Shown: positions 7,152-16,727, counted from the first letter of the stretch. The stretch is 30,873 nt of DNA from Candidatus Rokubacteria bacterium 13_1_40CM_69_27 (GCA_001917535.1 MNEF01000095.1:1-30873), one strand, 5' to 3'. The notes: generated from the letters alone by a model not told the origin. Translations and numbers: made by a program.

Positions 7152-7808
7152 TCAGGGCGGCGTTGAGGCGCGCTCCCTCACGACGACCAGCGTGCCTGCC
7201 GCCTGGTCATGCCATCCCCGGCGTTCGGGGTGGATCATCACCCAGGCGGCCATGAGTCCGAGCTCGCCTGCGTAGAGGACCCAGGGCAGGAGCTCGAGCC
7301 ACCAGCGAGCCCTGCGGCCGGCCTCCTCCCACTGGCGATCGGCCAGCGCCGCCTCGACCGGGACCGTGAGCTGACCAGCCGGGATCTCCAGGCTCGGTTT
7401 CCGCGCCGCGTGGCGCGCTTCCCAGGATGTCGCGGCGACGACGGACACGAGCAGGGGCAGGGCCAGCGGAACCAGGAATCCCATCAGATACCGGGTCAGC
7501 GCCCGGCTGATGGTCGGCGCCATTCCATCGCGCCCCACGACGGCGAGCCCTACCAGCCGCTGCCCCCATGTTCCGCCGCGCGTGACTCCGCCGACCAGGT
7601 AGGCGGCCGTGACCACCAGAACGGCGGCGACGAACACGCCCACCATCCCCAGTCCCCAGCCTGCCCAGTCCCAGCGACTGCCCAGCGCGGCGGCCGCGAA
7701 CATCGCCGCCGGCATCCAGACGATGGCCGTCAGTGCGAGGAGCCCGCCGAGGATCAGGAGATCCAGCAGGAACGAAAGCACCCGCCGGAACAGGTTGGCG
7801 TGGATCAT
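7152..7808 (-). CDS. RDD-family integral membrane protein
   Basis: Multiple predicted transmembrane segments plus the RDD hallmarks (R..LD.LI near the N-terminus, GQRLVGL, and a C-terminal RRGWHDQAAGTLVV). Likely co-transcribed with the upstream SDR gene. Confidence 0.65.
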   Translation of the reverse strand: MIHANLFRRVLSFLLDLLILGGLLALTAIVWMPAAMFAAAALGSRWDWAGWGLGMVGVFVAAVLVVTAAYLVGGVTRGGTWGQRLVGLAVVGRDGMAPTISRALTRYLMGFLVPLALPLLVSVVAATSWEARHAARKPSLEIPAGQLTVPVEAALADRQWEEAGRRARWWLELLPWVLYAGELGLMAAWVMIHPERRGWHDQAAGTLVVVRERASTPP

Positions 7809-7824
7809 CGCCGCCAACGTCACC

Positions 7825-8592
7825 CTACACCATGAGGCGGCCACCATTGACTGAGATCGTCTGGCCCGTGAGGTAGCCGGCCTCGGGGGAGGCGAGGAAG
7901 AGGACCCAGCCGACCATGTCCGACACCTCGGCGATGCGGCCGATCAACGTGCCCTTGCCGATCATGTCGCGCTGCTCCTGGCTGCGGACGGCGACGACGC
8001 GCTCGGTGGCCGTGGTACCGGGCGCGATGGCGTTGGCGGTGACGCCGTGCTTGCCCAGCTCGAAGGCCAGCACGCGGGTGAGGGAGTGGACACCCGCCTT
8101 GGCGGCCGCGTAGGGCGGGGAAGAGGGCTGGAGCACGCTGACGCCCGCCATCGAACCGATGTTGACGATGCGCCCGCTCCGCTGGCGCTTGAAGGCGGGG
8201 ATGGCGGCTCTCGTACAGAGGAAGATGCTCTTGAGGTTGAGGTCGACCACCTTGTCCCACTCCTCCTCGGGGGTCTCCTCGACCGAGAGCTGCTTCCAGA
8301 AACCGCCGGCGCTGTTGACGAGAATGTCGAGCCGCTCCGCCTCCGCGAGGATCCGATCGAACGCCGTCGTCACCCGCCCGGCCTCCGTCACGTCGCACGC
8401 GACGAACGACGCATTGCCTCCCCGCTTCCGGATGTCCCGGGCCACCGTCTCGCCGCCCGCCTCGTCCAGGTCCAGCACGTAGACGCGGGCGCCGGCCTCC
8501 GCGAACGCCTCGGCCGAGCCCTTGCCGATGCCCCGCGCCGCGCCGGTGACGAGGGCCACCTGGCCCGAGAAGTCGAACGTGGTCGTTCCCAT
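7825..8592 (-). CDS. SDR-family short-chain dehydrogenase/reductase
   Basis: TGAARGIGKG is the Rossmann TGxxxGxG motif. NSAGG and the Y-x3-K segment (YAAAKAGV) are also present. Confidence 0.85.
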   Translation of the reverse strand: MGTTTFDFSGQVALVTGAARGIGKGSAEAFAEAGARVYVLDLDEAGGETVARDIRKRGGNASFVACDVTEAGRVTTAFDRILAEAERLDILVNSAGGFWKQLSVEETPEEEWDKVVDLNLKSIFLCTRAAIPAFKRQRSGRIVNIGSMAGVSVLQPSSPPYAAAKAGVHSLTRVLAFELGKHGVTANAIAPGTTATERVVAVRSQEQRDMIGKGTLIGRIAEVSDMVGWVLFLASPEAGYLTGQTISVNGGRLMV

Positions 8593-8876
8593 GGTGCGTT
8601 GCCGATCATACCTCGGCGTCCGCAAAACCTCGACACCGGTCGACGCGAGGATGCTGGGCACGGGCGCCGAGCCGGCTCGGCGCCCGTGTGTGTCCTACTT
8701 CACGTCGGAGCAGGAAAAGGCGACGCGGGAATGCTCGATTCCCTGGGCGGGGCCGGATCCGCTCGCAGTCAGGGTGAGAGGGCGGGGGCGGCGAGCTGCG
8801 GCCGTGGCGAATTTTCGACGGGGTTTGACACCCCGCGCGCCGTCGGTGACGGACGTGGTCCTTCCGATGCGCCTCC

Positions 8877-9464
8877 TTACTTGCAATCGCGCATGCAGCG
8901 CACGGCGCTGGTGTCCGGGCGGTCGTCGGGGATGAAGCCGTCGCGGTTCGGCATCTGGACCTTGGGCAGCGAGCTCTGGTCCATCACGGCGTCGGCGGGA
9001 ACGAGCCCGTTCAGATGCAGGATGTAGGCCGCGACGGCGTAGACCTCGTCCGCCGTCATCGTGAGCGGGCGGTCCATCGGCATCGCGCGGCGGACGTAGT
9101 CGAAGAGGATCGGGGCATACGGGTACATGCTGCCCGGCGTGAGGACTCGCGCGTTCGTCTTGAAGGAGCCGATGCCGCCGACCATCGTGCCGTACATGCT
9201 CCCGCCCTTGGCCTCCGGCCCGTGGCAGGCGACGCACTTCGCCTCGTACACGGCCTTGCCCTGGGCGACCGTGCCCCGGCCGGGCGGGAGCCCGAGGCCG
9301 TCGGGCGTGCGGACGTCGATGTTCCAGGCCGCCAGGTCGGCCTCGCTGATCGGCTGTCCGAAGCCGACGCGCGGGCGCTCGGGCAGGCGCGACGCTGTCG
9401 GGGCCGCGCAGGCCGCCACGATCAGCGCGACCGCCACCGCGAGGACGAGCTCACGCGATCGCAT
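8877..9464 (-). CDS. sorB: Mono-heme cytochrome c, SorB-like partner of sulfite dehydrogenase
   Basis: Signal peptide followed by a single CVACHG heme-binding motif. Overlaps the 3' end of the SorA gene by 14 nt, indicating an operon. Confidence 0.65.
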   Translation of the reverse strand: MRSRELVLAVAVALIVAACAAPTASRLPERPRVGFGQPISEADLAAWNIDVRTPDGLGLPPGRGTVAQGKAVYEAKCVACHGPEAKGGSMYGTMVGGIGSFKTNARVLTPGSMYPYAPILFDYVRRAMPMDRPLTMTADEVYAVAAYILHLNGLVPADAVMDQSSLPKVQMPNRDGFIPDDRPDTSAVRCMRDCK

Positions 9465-10713
9465 TGCGCACCTCCCCGCTGGCGCTCACCGACCACGGGA
9501 AGATCCCGTTGTGGTGCTGGACGAACCCCGCGATGGCCCGCGCCTTCATGATGTCCGGCACCGTCGGCTGCACGTAGCCGGTCGAGTCCACGGCGCGGCT
9601 CTGGATGACCGCCGGCCGGCCATCCCAGCTCCAGCGGTGGCGGAAGCGCGTGAGGCACTTGTCGATCACCGGCTCCTCGAGCGTCGCCGGCTGCCAGTTC
9701 TTCCCGCCGTCCACCGACACGTCGACGGCGGTGATCCGACCCCGCCCCGACCAGGCGAATCCCTGGATCTCGTGCAGGCCCGGGCGCTCGAGCTTCATGC
9801 CGCCCGAAGGGCGGGTGATGACCGACTTGCACTCCATGAGGAAGCTGAACTGTCGCCACTTGCCGTCCGGCATCGGGTCGGTGTACCGGGCGGTCTCGCT
9901 CCGGAAGTGCCAGGGCTGGTCGCCCACCTTGATGCGCCGGAGCCACTTCACCGACACGTTCCCTTCCCAGCCGGGGATGAAGACGCGCAGCGGATACCCT
10001 TGCTCCGGCCGCAGCATCTCGCCGTTCTGGGCGTACACCAGCAGCGCGTCGTCCATCACCTTGTCGAGCGGGATCGAGCGCGTGTGGTTCGAGCCGTCGG
10101 CGCCCTCGAACAGCACCCACGTGGCTCCGGGCCCGAGGCCGGCCTCGTCGAGCAGCCAGGAGACCGGGAGGCCGGTCCACTGCGCGCACGAGAGCAGGCC
10201 GTGCGTCTGCTGCACGGTGGTCGAGGCCGCCTTCGTCCAGTCCGCCAGCGTGTTGCCGGAGCACTCCAGGAAGTGGAACTTCGACACCGAGGGGTACCGC
10301 ATGAGATCGCTCATGCTGAACACCAGCGGCTGCTTCACCAGGCCGTGGATCACGAGCTTGTGCATCGCGGGATCGATGTCGGGGATGCCGGCGTGATGCC
10401 GCTCGAAGATCAGGCCGGTGGGCGTCACGATCCCGTGCTGGTGCTGGAGCGGCGTCATGCTCCAGTCCGACCAGTTCTGGCGGTTGACGAACACGTCGGT
10501 GCGGCGGCGGACGACGTGGCTCTCGAACTTCGAAGGCGTTCCGTAGGCCGTCGCCGGGATCGGGCGGCCCGGCTGCTGCGCCGTGGGCGGGATTGGGAGC
10601 GGCTCGGCGCCGGCGCGGCCGCCGACGCCGGCGCCGGCCAGCGCCGTGCCGGCGATCACCGCGCTCTTGCCAAGAAAGCTCCGCCGGCTGTGCTTGGTGT
10701 CGTTTCCCATCAT
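9451..10713 (-). CDS. sorA: Sulfite dehydrogenase / sulfite oxidase-family molybdopterin subunit with Tat signal
   Basis: ATGATG at 10713/10710 follows GGAGGGG. The Tat motif SRRSFLGKS is present. Moco-binding core: HFLECSGN, GLLSCAQWTGLP. A C-terminal dimerisation domain is present. Only the C-terminal 421 codons of the 1550-aa track ORF are genuine. Confidence 0.85.
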   Translation of the reverse strand: MMGNDTKHSRRSFLGKSAVIAGTALAGAGVGGRAGAEPLPIPPTAQQPGRPIPATAYGTPSKFESHVVRRRTDVFVNRQNWSDWSMTPLQHQHGIVTPTGLIFERHHAGIPDIDPAMHKLVIHGLVKQPLVFSMSDLMRYPSVSKFHFLECSGNTLADWTKAASTTVQQTHGLLSCAQWTGLPVSWLLDEAGLGPGATWVLFEGADGSNHTRSIPLDKVMDDALLVYAQNGEMLRPEQGYPLRVFIPGWEGNVSVKWLRRIKVGDQPWHFRSETARYTDPMPDGKWRQFSFLMECKSVITRPSGGMKLERPGLHEIQGFAWSGRGRITAVDVSVDGGKNWQPATLEEPVIDKCLTRFRHRWSWDGRPAVIQSRAVDSTGYVQPTVPDIMKARAIAGFVQHHNGIFPWSVSASGEVRNAIA

Positions 10714-10827
10714 CCCCTCCTTCACGCCGTCACGATGGCGCCGGATTATACACCGCGCTGGAAATGCTGCGGCAAACCGGCTATCCTCACGGCCCATTCG
10801 GTGGCATCGAGCCAGGAGGGATAGTCG

Positions 10828-11955
10828 ATGAAGAGATCGTGGGTGACGATCGTGCTGCTGGCGGGCCTCGTCGCGGCGGGCCCCGGCCGGGCGCTCTCCC
10901 AGGAGGTCATCAAGATCGGCGCGTTCGGCCCGATGACGGGCGGCGCGGCGGGCAGCGGCCAGAGCATGCGCGAAGGCATCGATCTGGTGATGGACGAGGT
11001 CAACGCCAGCGGCGGCCTCCTGGGGCGCAAGATCCAGGTCCTCTACGGCGACGATGCCGGCAAGCCCGAGCAGGCGGTGAGCATCGTCAAGCGCTTCACC
11101 ACGGCGGACCAGGTGACGCTGATCATCGGCGGCATCAGCAGCCCCACCAGCATGGCGGCCTCCCAGGTGACCGGTGAAGAGAAGGTGCCGCAGATCATGG
11201 TGGCCAGCACGGCGGCCCGCATCACGCTGCAGGGCAACCCGTGGATCTTCCGCTCGGCCGTGCCCGACGTGAAGCTCACCGCCGACCTGGCCGATTTCAT
11301 CGCCGAGAAGTTTCCCAAGATCAAGCGCATGGCCGCCATCTACGTGAACGACGACTTCGGCCGCGGTGGCGTCACCGGGTTCACGGAGGCCGCCAAGAAG
11401 CACGGGATCCAGATCGTCGTGGAGGAGAAGTACGTCCGGGGCGACGTGGACTACACGGCGCAGATCACCAAGATCCGCGCCGCCAACGCCGACGCCATCC
11501 TCGACTGGTCGCGTTACCACGAAGGGGCCCTGATCGCCAAGGGGCTGAAGCAGGCGGGCGTGACGATTCCGGTGTTCGGGGCCGACGGCAACGCCCATCC
11601 CAAGTACATCGAGCTGGGCGGGGACGCCGTGGACGGTAACTACTATGCGACACACTTCAGCCCCGCCACCAGCAGCCACCTGCCGGTGGCCCGCAAGCTC
11701 GTGGAGAAGATGCGCGCCAAGTACGGCAAGGATCCCGACTACACGCACTCGGAGGCGTACGACGCGGCGCTGGTCGTGGTCGACGCCGTCAAGCGGGCCG
11801 GGAGCCTGGACCGGGAGAAGATCCGAGCGGCCATGGCCGCGACCGACCTGGAAGGCAGCCGCGGCCGCATCCGGTTCGACAAGAACGGGGACCCGACCTT
11901 CGTCACCCACGTGGTCAAGGTCGTGAACGGCAAGGAGACCGACGCCCGCAAGTAG
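10828..11955 (+). CDS. Liv-type (branched-chain amino-acid family) ABC-transporter periplasmic substrate-binding protein
   Basis: Signal peptide. Type-I PBP fold motifs: IKIGAFGPMTG, GGLLGRKI.V.Y.DD, QVTLIIGGISS. RBS GGAGGG. Confidence 0.85.
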   Translation: MKRSWVTIVLLAGLVAAGPGRALSQEVIKIGAFGPMTGGAAGSGQSMREGIDLVMDEVNASGGLLGRKIQVLYGDDAGKPEQAVSIVKRFTTADQVTLIIGGISSPTSMAASQVTGEEKVPQIMVASTAARITLQGNPWIFRSAVPDVKLTADLADFIAEKFPKIKRMAAIYVNDDFGRGGVTGFTEAAKKHGIQIVVEEKYVRGDVDYTAQITKIRAANADAILDWSRYHEGALIAKGLKQAGVTIPVFGADGNAHPKYIELGGDAVDGNYYATHFSPATSSHLPVARKLVEKMRAKYGKDPDYTHSEAYDAALVVVDAVKRAGSLDREKIRAAMAATDLEGSRGRIRFDKNGDPTFVTHVVKVVNGKETDARK

Positions 11956-11973
11956 CGCGAGAGGAGAGCTCAC

Positions 11974-13221
11974 GTGCCCAGAGTCGACATTTCCGTGCCC
12001 GATATCCCGAAGCCGCTGGCCAACTACACGCCGGCCGCCCGAGCCGGCCATCTGATCTTCGCCGCCGGCCAGCTGGCCAGCGACTTCAAGCAGGGCGTGG
12101 CCCCCGAGGCCCGCCTCGATCCCGCCTTCCCGTACTACGGCTCCGCGATCAAGAAGCAGACGCGCTACATCCTGGAAAACCTCGCCCAGACGTTCAAGGC
12201 CGCCGGCACCTCGCTGGACCACGTGGTGAAGGCGCAGGTGTTCCACACGGATCTGATGAACTTCGGCGCCTTCGACGAGGTGTGGAAGGAGTTCTTCCCC
12301 ACGCCGCCGCCGCGCACGACCATCGGCACGACGGGGCTCCTGGTTCCCGGCTGCCTCGTGGAGATCGACCTGATCGCGACCGTCCCCAACGCGCCCGGCC
12401 GCGTCGTCAAGTCGGACGGCCCGCGGCCCCTGGCCGCCTACTCGGAGGCCGTCGCGGTGGGCGACCTGGTCTTCGCGGCCGGTCAGCTCGCCAGCGACTT
12501 CAAGACCGGCGTGCCCCGCGAGGCCCGCGTGGATCCGGCGTTTCCCTTCTACGGCTCGGACATCAAGCGCCAGACGCGCTACGTGCTGGAGAACCTGGTC
12601 AGGACCCTCAAGGCGGCCGGCACCTCGGTGGAGCACGTCGTGAAGGCGCAGGCGTTCCACACGAACCTGGAAAACTTCTACGGTTTCGACGAGGTGTGGC
12701 GCGAGTTCTTCCCCACGCCGCCGCCGCGCACCACCGTGGGGACCACCGGCCTGCTGGTGAAGGACACGCTGGTCGAGATCGACGTGATCGCCGCGTTGCC
12801 CTCGGCCCGGACGCAGCAGATCGCCGTCGCCGACATCCCGAAGCCGCTGGCGCACTACACGCCGGCCACGCGGGTGGGGGACCTGGTGTTCGCGGCGGGC
12901 CAGATCGCCAGCGACTACACGACCGGCGTGCCGCCCCCGGCGCGCGTGGATGCGGCGTTCCCCTTCTACGGCTCGGACATCAAGCGCCAGACGCGGTACG
13001 TCCTCGAGAACCTCGCCCGGACCTTCAAGGCGGCCGGCACCTCGCTGGACCACGTGGTGAAGGCGCAGGTGTTTCACACGGATCTCAAAAACTTCGGCGG
13101 CTTCGACGAGGTGTGGAAGGAGTTCTTTTCCACGCCGCCGCCGCGCACCACCGTGGGCACCACAGGCCTGCTGGTGCCCGGATGCCTGGTGGAGATCGAT
13201 CTCATCGCGGCCATGCCGTAG
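11974..13221 (+). CDS. Triple tandem RidA/YjgF/YER057c (Rid-family) domain fusion protein
   Basis: Three ~138-aa units, each with ...PKPLA.YTPA...G.L.FAAGQ.ASD...VVKAQ.FHT.L.NF..FDEVW.EFF.TPPPRTT.GTTGLLV...VEID.IA. Units 1 and 3 are about 90% identical at the nucleotide level. GTG start after GAGGAGAG. Confidence 0.85.
   Translation: MPRVDISVPDIPKPLANYTPAARAGHLIFAAGQLASDFKQGVAPEARLDPAFPYYGSAIKKQTRYILENLAQTFKAAGTSLDHVVKAQVFHTDLMNFGAFDEVWKEFFPTPPPRTTIGTTGLLVPGCLVEIDLIATVPNAPGRVVKSDGPRPLAAYSEAVAVGDLVFAAGQLASDFKTGVPREARVDPAFPFYGSDIKRQTRYVLENLVRTLKAAGTSVEHVVKAQAFHTNLENFYGFDEVWREFFPTPPPRTTVGTTGLLVKDTLVEIDVIAALPSARTQQIAVADIPKPLAHYTPATRVGDLVFAAGQIASDYTTGVPPPARVDAAFPFYGSDIKRQTRYVLENLARTFKAAGTSLDHVVKAQVFHTDLKNFGGFDEVWKEFFSTPPPRTTVGTTGLLVPGCLVEIDLIAAMP
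12002..13221 (+). repeat. Three direct tandem repeats of ~417 nt (unit starts ~12002, ~12418, ~12835) within the RidA gene
   Basis: atcccgaagccgctggc(c/g)(a/c)actacacgccggcc recurs at 12002 and 12835. ggcacctcgctggaccacgtggtgaaggcgcaggtgtt(c/t)cacacggatct recurs in units 1 and 3. Confidence 0.8.
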
Positions 13222-13224
13222 CCG

Positions 13225-14094
13225 ATGATCCTCGATCCGCTCATCGGCGGCATCGCCATGGGCTGCATCTACAGCCTCATCGCCCTCGGCTACAACATGC
13301 TGATCCGGGCGATGAACCTGCTGCACTTCGCCCAGGGCGAGGTGATGATGGTGGGCGCGCTCGCCGGCGTCACGCTGGTGAGCGTGCTCCACATCCCCTA
13401 CCTGGCCGCCATCCCGCTCATCATGGCGCTCTGCGCCGCCCTGTCGCTCGGCCTCGACACCTTCGCGTACCGGCCGGTCCGGCGCCGGAACGTGCCCGTC
13501 ATCAACCTCATCATCGCCACGCTCGGCGTCTCGATCCTTCTCTCCAACGCCGCCATCCTGATCTGGGGCGCCGAGCCGATCCGCTATCCGCGCATCTATG
13601 GTTCGGATGCGCTGCTGCTCGGACCGGTCCGCATCCCGCCGCAGTTCCTGGCCCCGCTGGTCGTCGGCGGGCTCCTCATGGTGGGGCTGCAGATCTTCTT
13701 CGCCCGCAGCCTCACCGGCGTCGCCATGCGGGCCGCCGCCCAGGATCCAGAAGCGGCGCGGCTCATGGGCATCGACATCGACCGGATGATCCGGTACACC
13801 TTCGCCATCAGCGGCGCGATGGGCGGCGCCGCCGGCGCGCTGCTCGGCCCCATCATCTTCGCCAGCTTCAACATGGGCGAGGTCATCGGGATCAAGGCCT
13901 TCGTCGCCGCCACGCTGGGCGGTCTGGGCAGCATGCCGGGCGCCATGGTGGGGGGCATTCTCTTCGGCGTCATCGAGACCTTCGGCGCGCTCTTCATCTC
14001 CTCCGGCTACAAGGACGCGCTCGGCTACGCGGTCATGATCGCCATCCTGCTGGTGGCTCCCTCCGGCCTCTTCGGCCGCCGCGCGCGGGCCTGA
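13225..14094 (+). CDS. Branched-chain amino-acid ABC-transporter permease (LivH-like)
   Basis: Polytopic membrane protein with the LivH/BPD_transp_2 pattern. ATG sits 4 nt after the RidA stop. Confidence 0.85.
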   Translation: MILDPLIGGIAMGCIYSLIALGYNMLIRAMNLLHFAQGEVMMVGALAGVTLVSVLHIPYLAAIPLIMALCAALSLGLDTFAYRPVRRRNVPVINLIIATLGVSILLSNAAILIWGAEPIRYPRIYGSDALLLGPVRIPPQFLAPLVVGGLLMVGLQIFFARSLTGVAMRAAAQDPEAARLMGIDIDRMIRYTFAISGAMGGAAGALLGPIIFASFNMGEVIGIKAFVAATLGGLGSMPGAMVGGILFGVIETFGALFISSGYKDALGYAVMIAILLVAPSGLFGRRARA

Positions 14095-14101
14095 GGCCGG
14101 C

Positions 14102-15073
14102 ATGGGCGGCCTCGCGCGCGGGCGCCGCCCCCTTCTTGTGCTCGCCCTGGTCGTCCTCCTCCTCGCGATTCCCTGGCTGCTGCCCCAGCGTTATTTCCTG
14201 CGCGTGGTCGACCTCGGGCTCGTCTATGCGGTGCTGGCCCTCGGGCTGCAGCTGCTGGTCGGATCGGCGGGCCAGCTCTCCCTGGGGCACGCCGCCTTCT
14301 ACGGCACCGGGGCCTACACCTCCGCGATCCTGGCCAGGAAGCTGGGCGTGCCGGTGGAGGCGGCCTTCCTGGCGGGCGCCGTGGTCGCGGCCCTGCTGGC
14401 GCTGACGCTGGTGCCGGTCCTCCGGCTGCGGGGCAACGAGCTCGCCGTCGCCACCCTCGGCTTCGGCGTCATCGTCCACGCCGTGATCCTCAACGAGGAG
14501 TGGCTGACCGAGGGGCCGTTCGGGATGATGAAGATCCCGCCCTTTCGCCTCGGCCTGCTGGTCTTCGACACCGAGTTCCGCTTCTACTACCTCGGCCTGG
14601 CGGTGACTGCCGCGACGTATCTGGCCTTTCGCCGCCTGACCCGCTCACGCTTCGGACGGGCTCTGGAGGCCATCCGCCAGAGCGAAGAGGCGGCGGTGAC
14701 CTCCGGCATCAACCCCGTGCGGTACAAGAGCAAGGTCTTCGTGATCGCCGCCTTCACGGCGGGGCTGGCGGGAGGACTCTTCGCGCATCTGAACCGCTAC
14801 CTCAACCCCAACGACTTCACGCTGACCGAGTCGATCAACATCCTGGTCATGGTCGTGGTGGGCGGACTGCGCAGCCTCGAAGGAGCCATCGTCGGCGCCA
14901 TGATCATCATCTTCGCGTCGGAGTATCTGAGAGCCTTCAAGGAGTACCGCCTGATCCTGTTCGGGGCGCTGCTGGTGGTCTTCATGGCGCTGGGCGCCGA
15001 GGGGCTGCGCGGCTTGCCGGCGAAGCTGGCGGCGGCGGCGCGGCGGCCGGCGCCGGAGCCGAGCGATGGGTGA
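14102..15073 (+). CDS. Branched-chain amino-acid ABC-transporter permease (LivM-like)
   Basis: Polytopic membrane protein. LGHAAFYGTGAYT is the LivM signature. Confidence 0.85.
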   Translation: MGGLARGRRPLLVLALVVLLLAIPWLLPQRYFLRVVDLGLVYAVLALGLQLLVGSAGQLSLGHAAFYGTGAYTSAILARKLGVPVEAAFLAGAVVAALLALTLVPVLRLRGNELAVATLGFGVIVHAVILNEEWLTEGPFGMMKIPPFRLGLLVFDTEFRFYYLGLAVTAATYLAFRRLTRSRFGRALEAIRQSEEAAVTSGINPVRYKSKVFVIAAFTAGLAGGLFAHLNRYLNPNDFTLTESINILVMVVVGGLRSLEGAIVGAMIIIFASEYLRAFKEYRLILFGALLVVFMALGAEGLRGLPAKLAAAARRPAPEPSDG

Positions 15074-15848
15074 CGAACCCGTCCTGCTCGCGCAAGGCGT
15101 CACCAAGCGCTTCGGCGGCCTGGCCGCGCTGGACGCCATCAGCCTCGCCATCGCACCGGGCGAGGTGCGCGGTCTGATCGGCCCTAACGGAGCGGGCAAG
15201 ACGACGCTGGTCAATGTGCTCAGCGGCGTGCTGCGGCCGACGGCAGGATCCATCCGCTTCGCCGGCCACGAGGTCGCCGGCAGCGCCCCCCACCGGATCG
15301 CCCGGCTCGGCGTCCGCCGGACGTTTCAGACGCTCCGCCTCTTCCCCGAGATGAGCGTGGTCGAGAACGTGGCGGTGGGCTACCACGCCCACACCCGCGC
15401 GGAGGCGTGGGATGCGCTGCTGGGGACGCGGCGAGCCGCCCGCGAGGAGAACGAGACGCTCACGCGAGCGCGCGAGGCTCTGGCGTTCGTGGGCCTGCAG
15501 GCAGGCCCGGATCTGCCCGCGCGGGCCCTGGCCTACGGCCAGCAGCGCCTTCTGGAGATCGCCCGCGCGCTCGTGGCCGGGCCGAAGCTGATGCTGCTGG
15601 ACGAGCCGGCGGCCGGCATGAACCCGGCCGAGTGCGACCATCTGCTCGGCCTCATCCGCCGGCTGCACCGCCAGAACATCACGCTCCTGGTCATCGAGCA
15701 CCGCATGGACCTCATCATGGAGGCCTGCGACCGCATCACGGTGCTCAACTACGGCCAGAACCTCGCCGAGGGGACTCCGGGCGAGATCCAGGCGAACCCC
15801 GCGGTCGTCGAGGCCTATCTGGGGACGTACGCGCGTGCTGGAGCTTGA
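15066..15848 (+). CDS. ABC-transporter ATP-binding protein (LivG-like)
   Basis: Walker A GPNGAGKTT, Q-loop, signature-like segment and LLDEPAAG Walker B. Confidence 0.85.
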   Translation: MGDEPVLLAQGVTKRFGGLAALDAISLAIAPGEVRGLIGPNGAGKTTLVNVLSGVLRPTAGSIRFAGHEVAGSAPHRIARLGVRRTFQTLRLFPEMSVVENVAVGYHAHTRAEAWDALLGTRRAAREENETLTRAREALAFVGLQAGPDLPARALAYGQQRLLEIARALVAGPKLMLLDEPAAGMNPAECDHLLGLIRRLHRQNITLLVIEHRMDLIMEACDRITVLNYGQNLAEGTPGEIQANPAVVEAYLGTYARAGA

Positions 15849-16554
15849 CAGCGTCGACGTCGCCTACGGTTCCATCCAGGCGCTGCGAAGCGTCTCTCTG
15901 CGGGTGAGCGCGGGGGAGCTGGTGACCCTCATCGGGGCGAACGGCGCCGGCAAGACGACGACGATCCGGTCGATCTCCGGGCTGCTCCGCCCGACCGCCG
16001 GGTCCATTCGCTTCGAAGGCCATCCCATCCACAGGGTGCCGCCCGAGGCCATCGTGGCCCGCGGGATCGTCCAGGTCCCCGAGGGCCGGCGCATCTTTCC
16101 CGAGCTGACCGTGGAAGAAAATCTCCGGGTGGGCGCCTATCTCGTGCGGGACCGGGCGCGGGTCGCCCAGGGCTTCGAGCGCGTCTACACCCTCTTTCCC
16201 CGCCTGCGCGAGCGGCGCCGTCAGCTCGGCAGCACGCTCAGCGGCGGTGAGCAGCAGATGCTCGCGGTCGGCCGGGCCCTGATGGCCGGCCCGCGGCTGC
16301 TCCTCCTGGACGAGCCGTCCCTGGGCCTCGCGCCGCTCCTCGTGGAAGAGGTGGCCCGCGTCGTGACGGAGCTGAAGCGGAGCGGGATCACCATTCTCCT
16401 GGTTGAGCAGAACGCGCGCCTGGCCCTCACGCTGGCCGACCGGGGGTACGTGCTCGAGACCGGCCGCATCGTCCTGTCCGACACCAGCGACCGGCTCCTC
16501 GCGAATCCCGAGGTCCAGCGGAGCTACCTGGGAAGCTCGCGGGCCGGCCGCTGA
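15835..16554 (+). CDS. ABC-transporter ATP-binding protein (LivF-like)
   Basis: Walker A GANGAGKTT, signature LSGGEQQM and Walker B LLLLDEPS. Confidence 0.85.
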   Translation: MLELDSVDVAYGSIQALRSVSLRVSAGELVTLIGANGAGKTTTIRSISGLLRPTAGSIRFEGHPIHRVPPEAIVARGIVQVPEGRRIFPELTVEENLRVGAYLVRDRARVAQGFERVYTLFPRLRERRRQLGSTLSGGEQQMLAVGRALMAGPRLLLLDEPSLGLAPLLVEEVARVVTELKRSGITILLVEQNARLALTLADRGYVLETGRIVLSDTSDRLLANPEVQRSYLGSSRAGR

Positions 16555-16599
16555 GACGCGTACGAGCTGTGGCTGGCCTGACCCGCGCTAGCAGACTCG

Positions 16600-16620
16600 G
16601 AGGGGGGCTTCGCCCCCCTT
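16600..16620 (+). terminator. GC-rich hairpin (GGGGGGC-TTC-GCCCCCC) 45 nt after the livF stop; candidate terminator
   Basis: Perfect 7-bp stem plus a flanking A:T pair. No U-tract follows, as is common in high-GC genomes. Confidence 0.35.
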
Positions 16621-16649
16621 CCGAAACCTCCTCCCCCCCGGGATAGGTT

Positions 16650-16668
16650 GCGCCGGCAAAGCCGGCGC
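16650..16668. terminator. Second hairpin (GCGCCGGC-AAA-GCCGGCGC) between convergent livF and methyltransferase genes
   Basis: Perfect 8-bp stem with a 3-nt loop. Confidence 0.3.
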
Positions 16669-16727
16669 TCGAACCGTGGCGGGTTCGGCGAGTGTGTCGG
16701 CGAGTCTGGCCGATCGCCGACCGACCG

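Noticed and set aside
9451-14103. 1550-aa minus-strand ORF spanning sorA and the whole antisense of the livK/RidA/livH region
   Set aside because: Only the C-terminal 421 codons (start ATGATG at 10713 with GGAGGGG RBS, Tat motif) are a real gene (SorA). The remainder is a stop-free antisense frame of the + strand liv genes with low-complexity R/G/D/A/H composition typical of 70% GC DNA.
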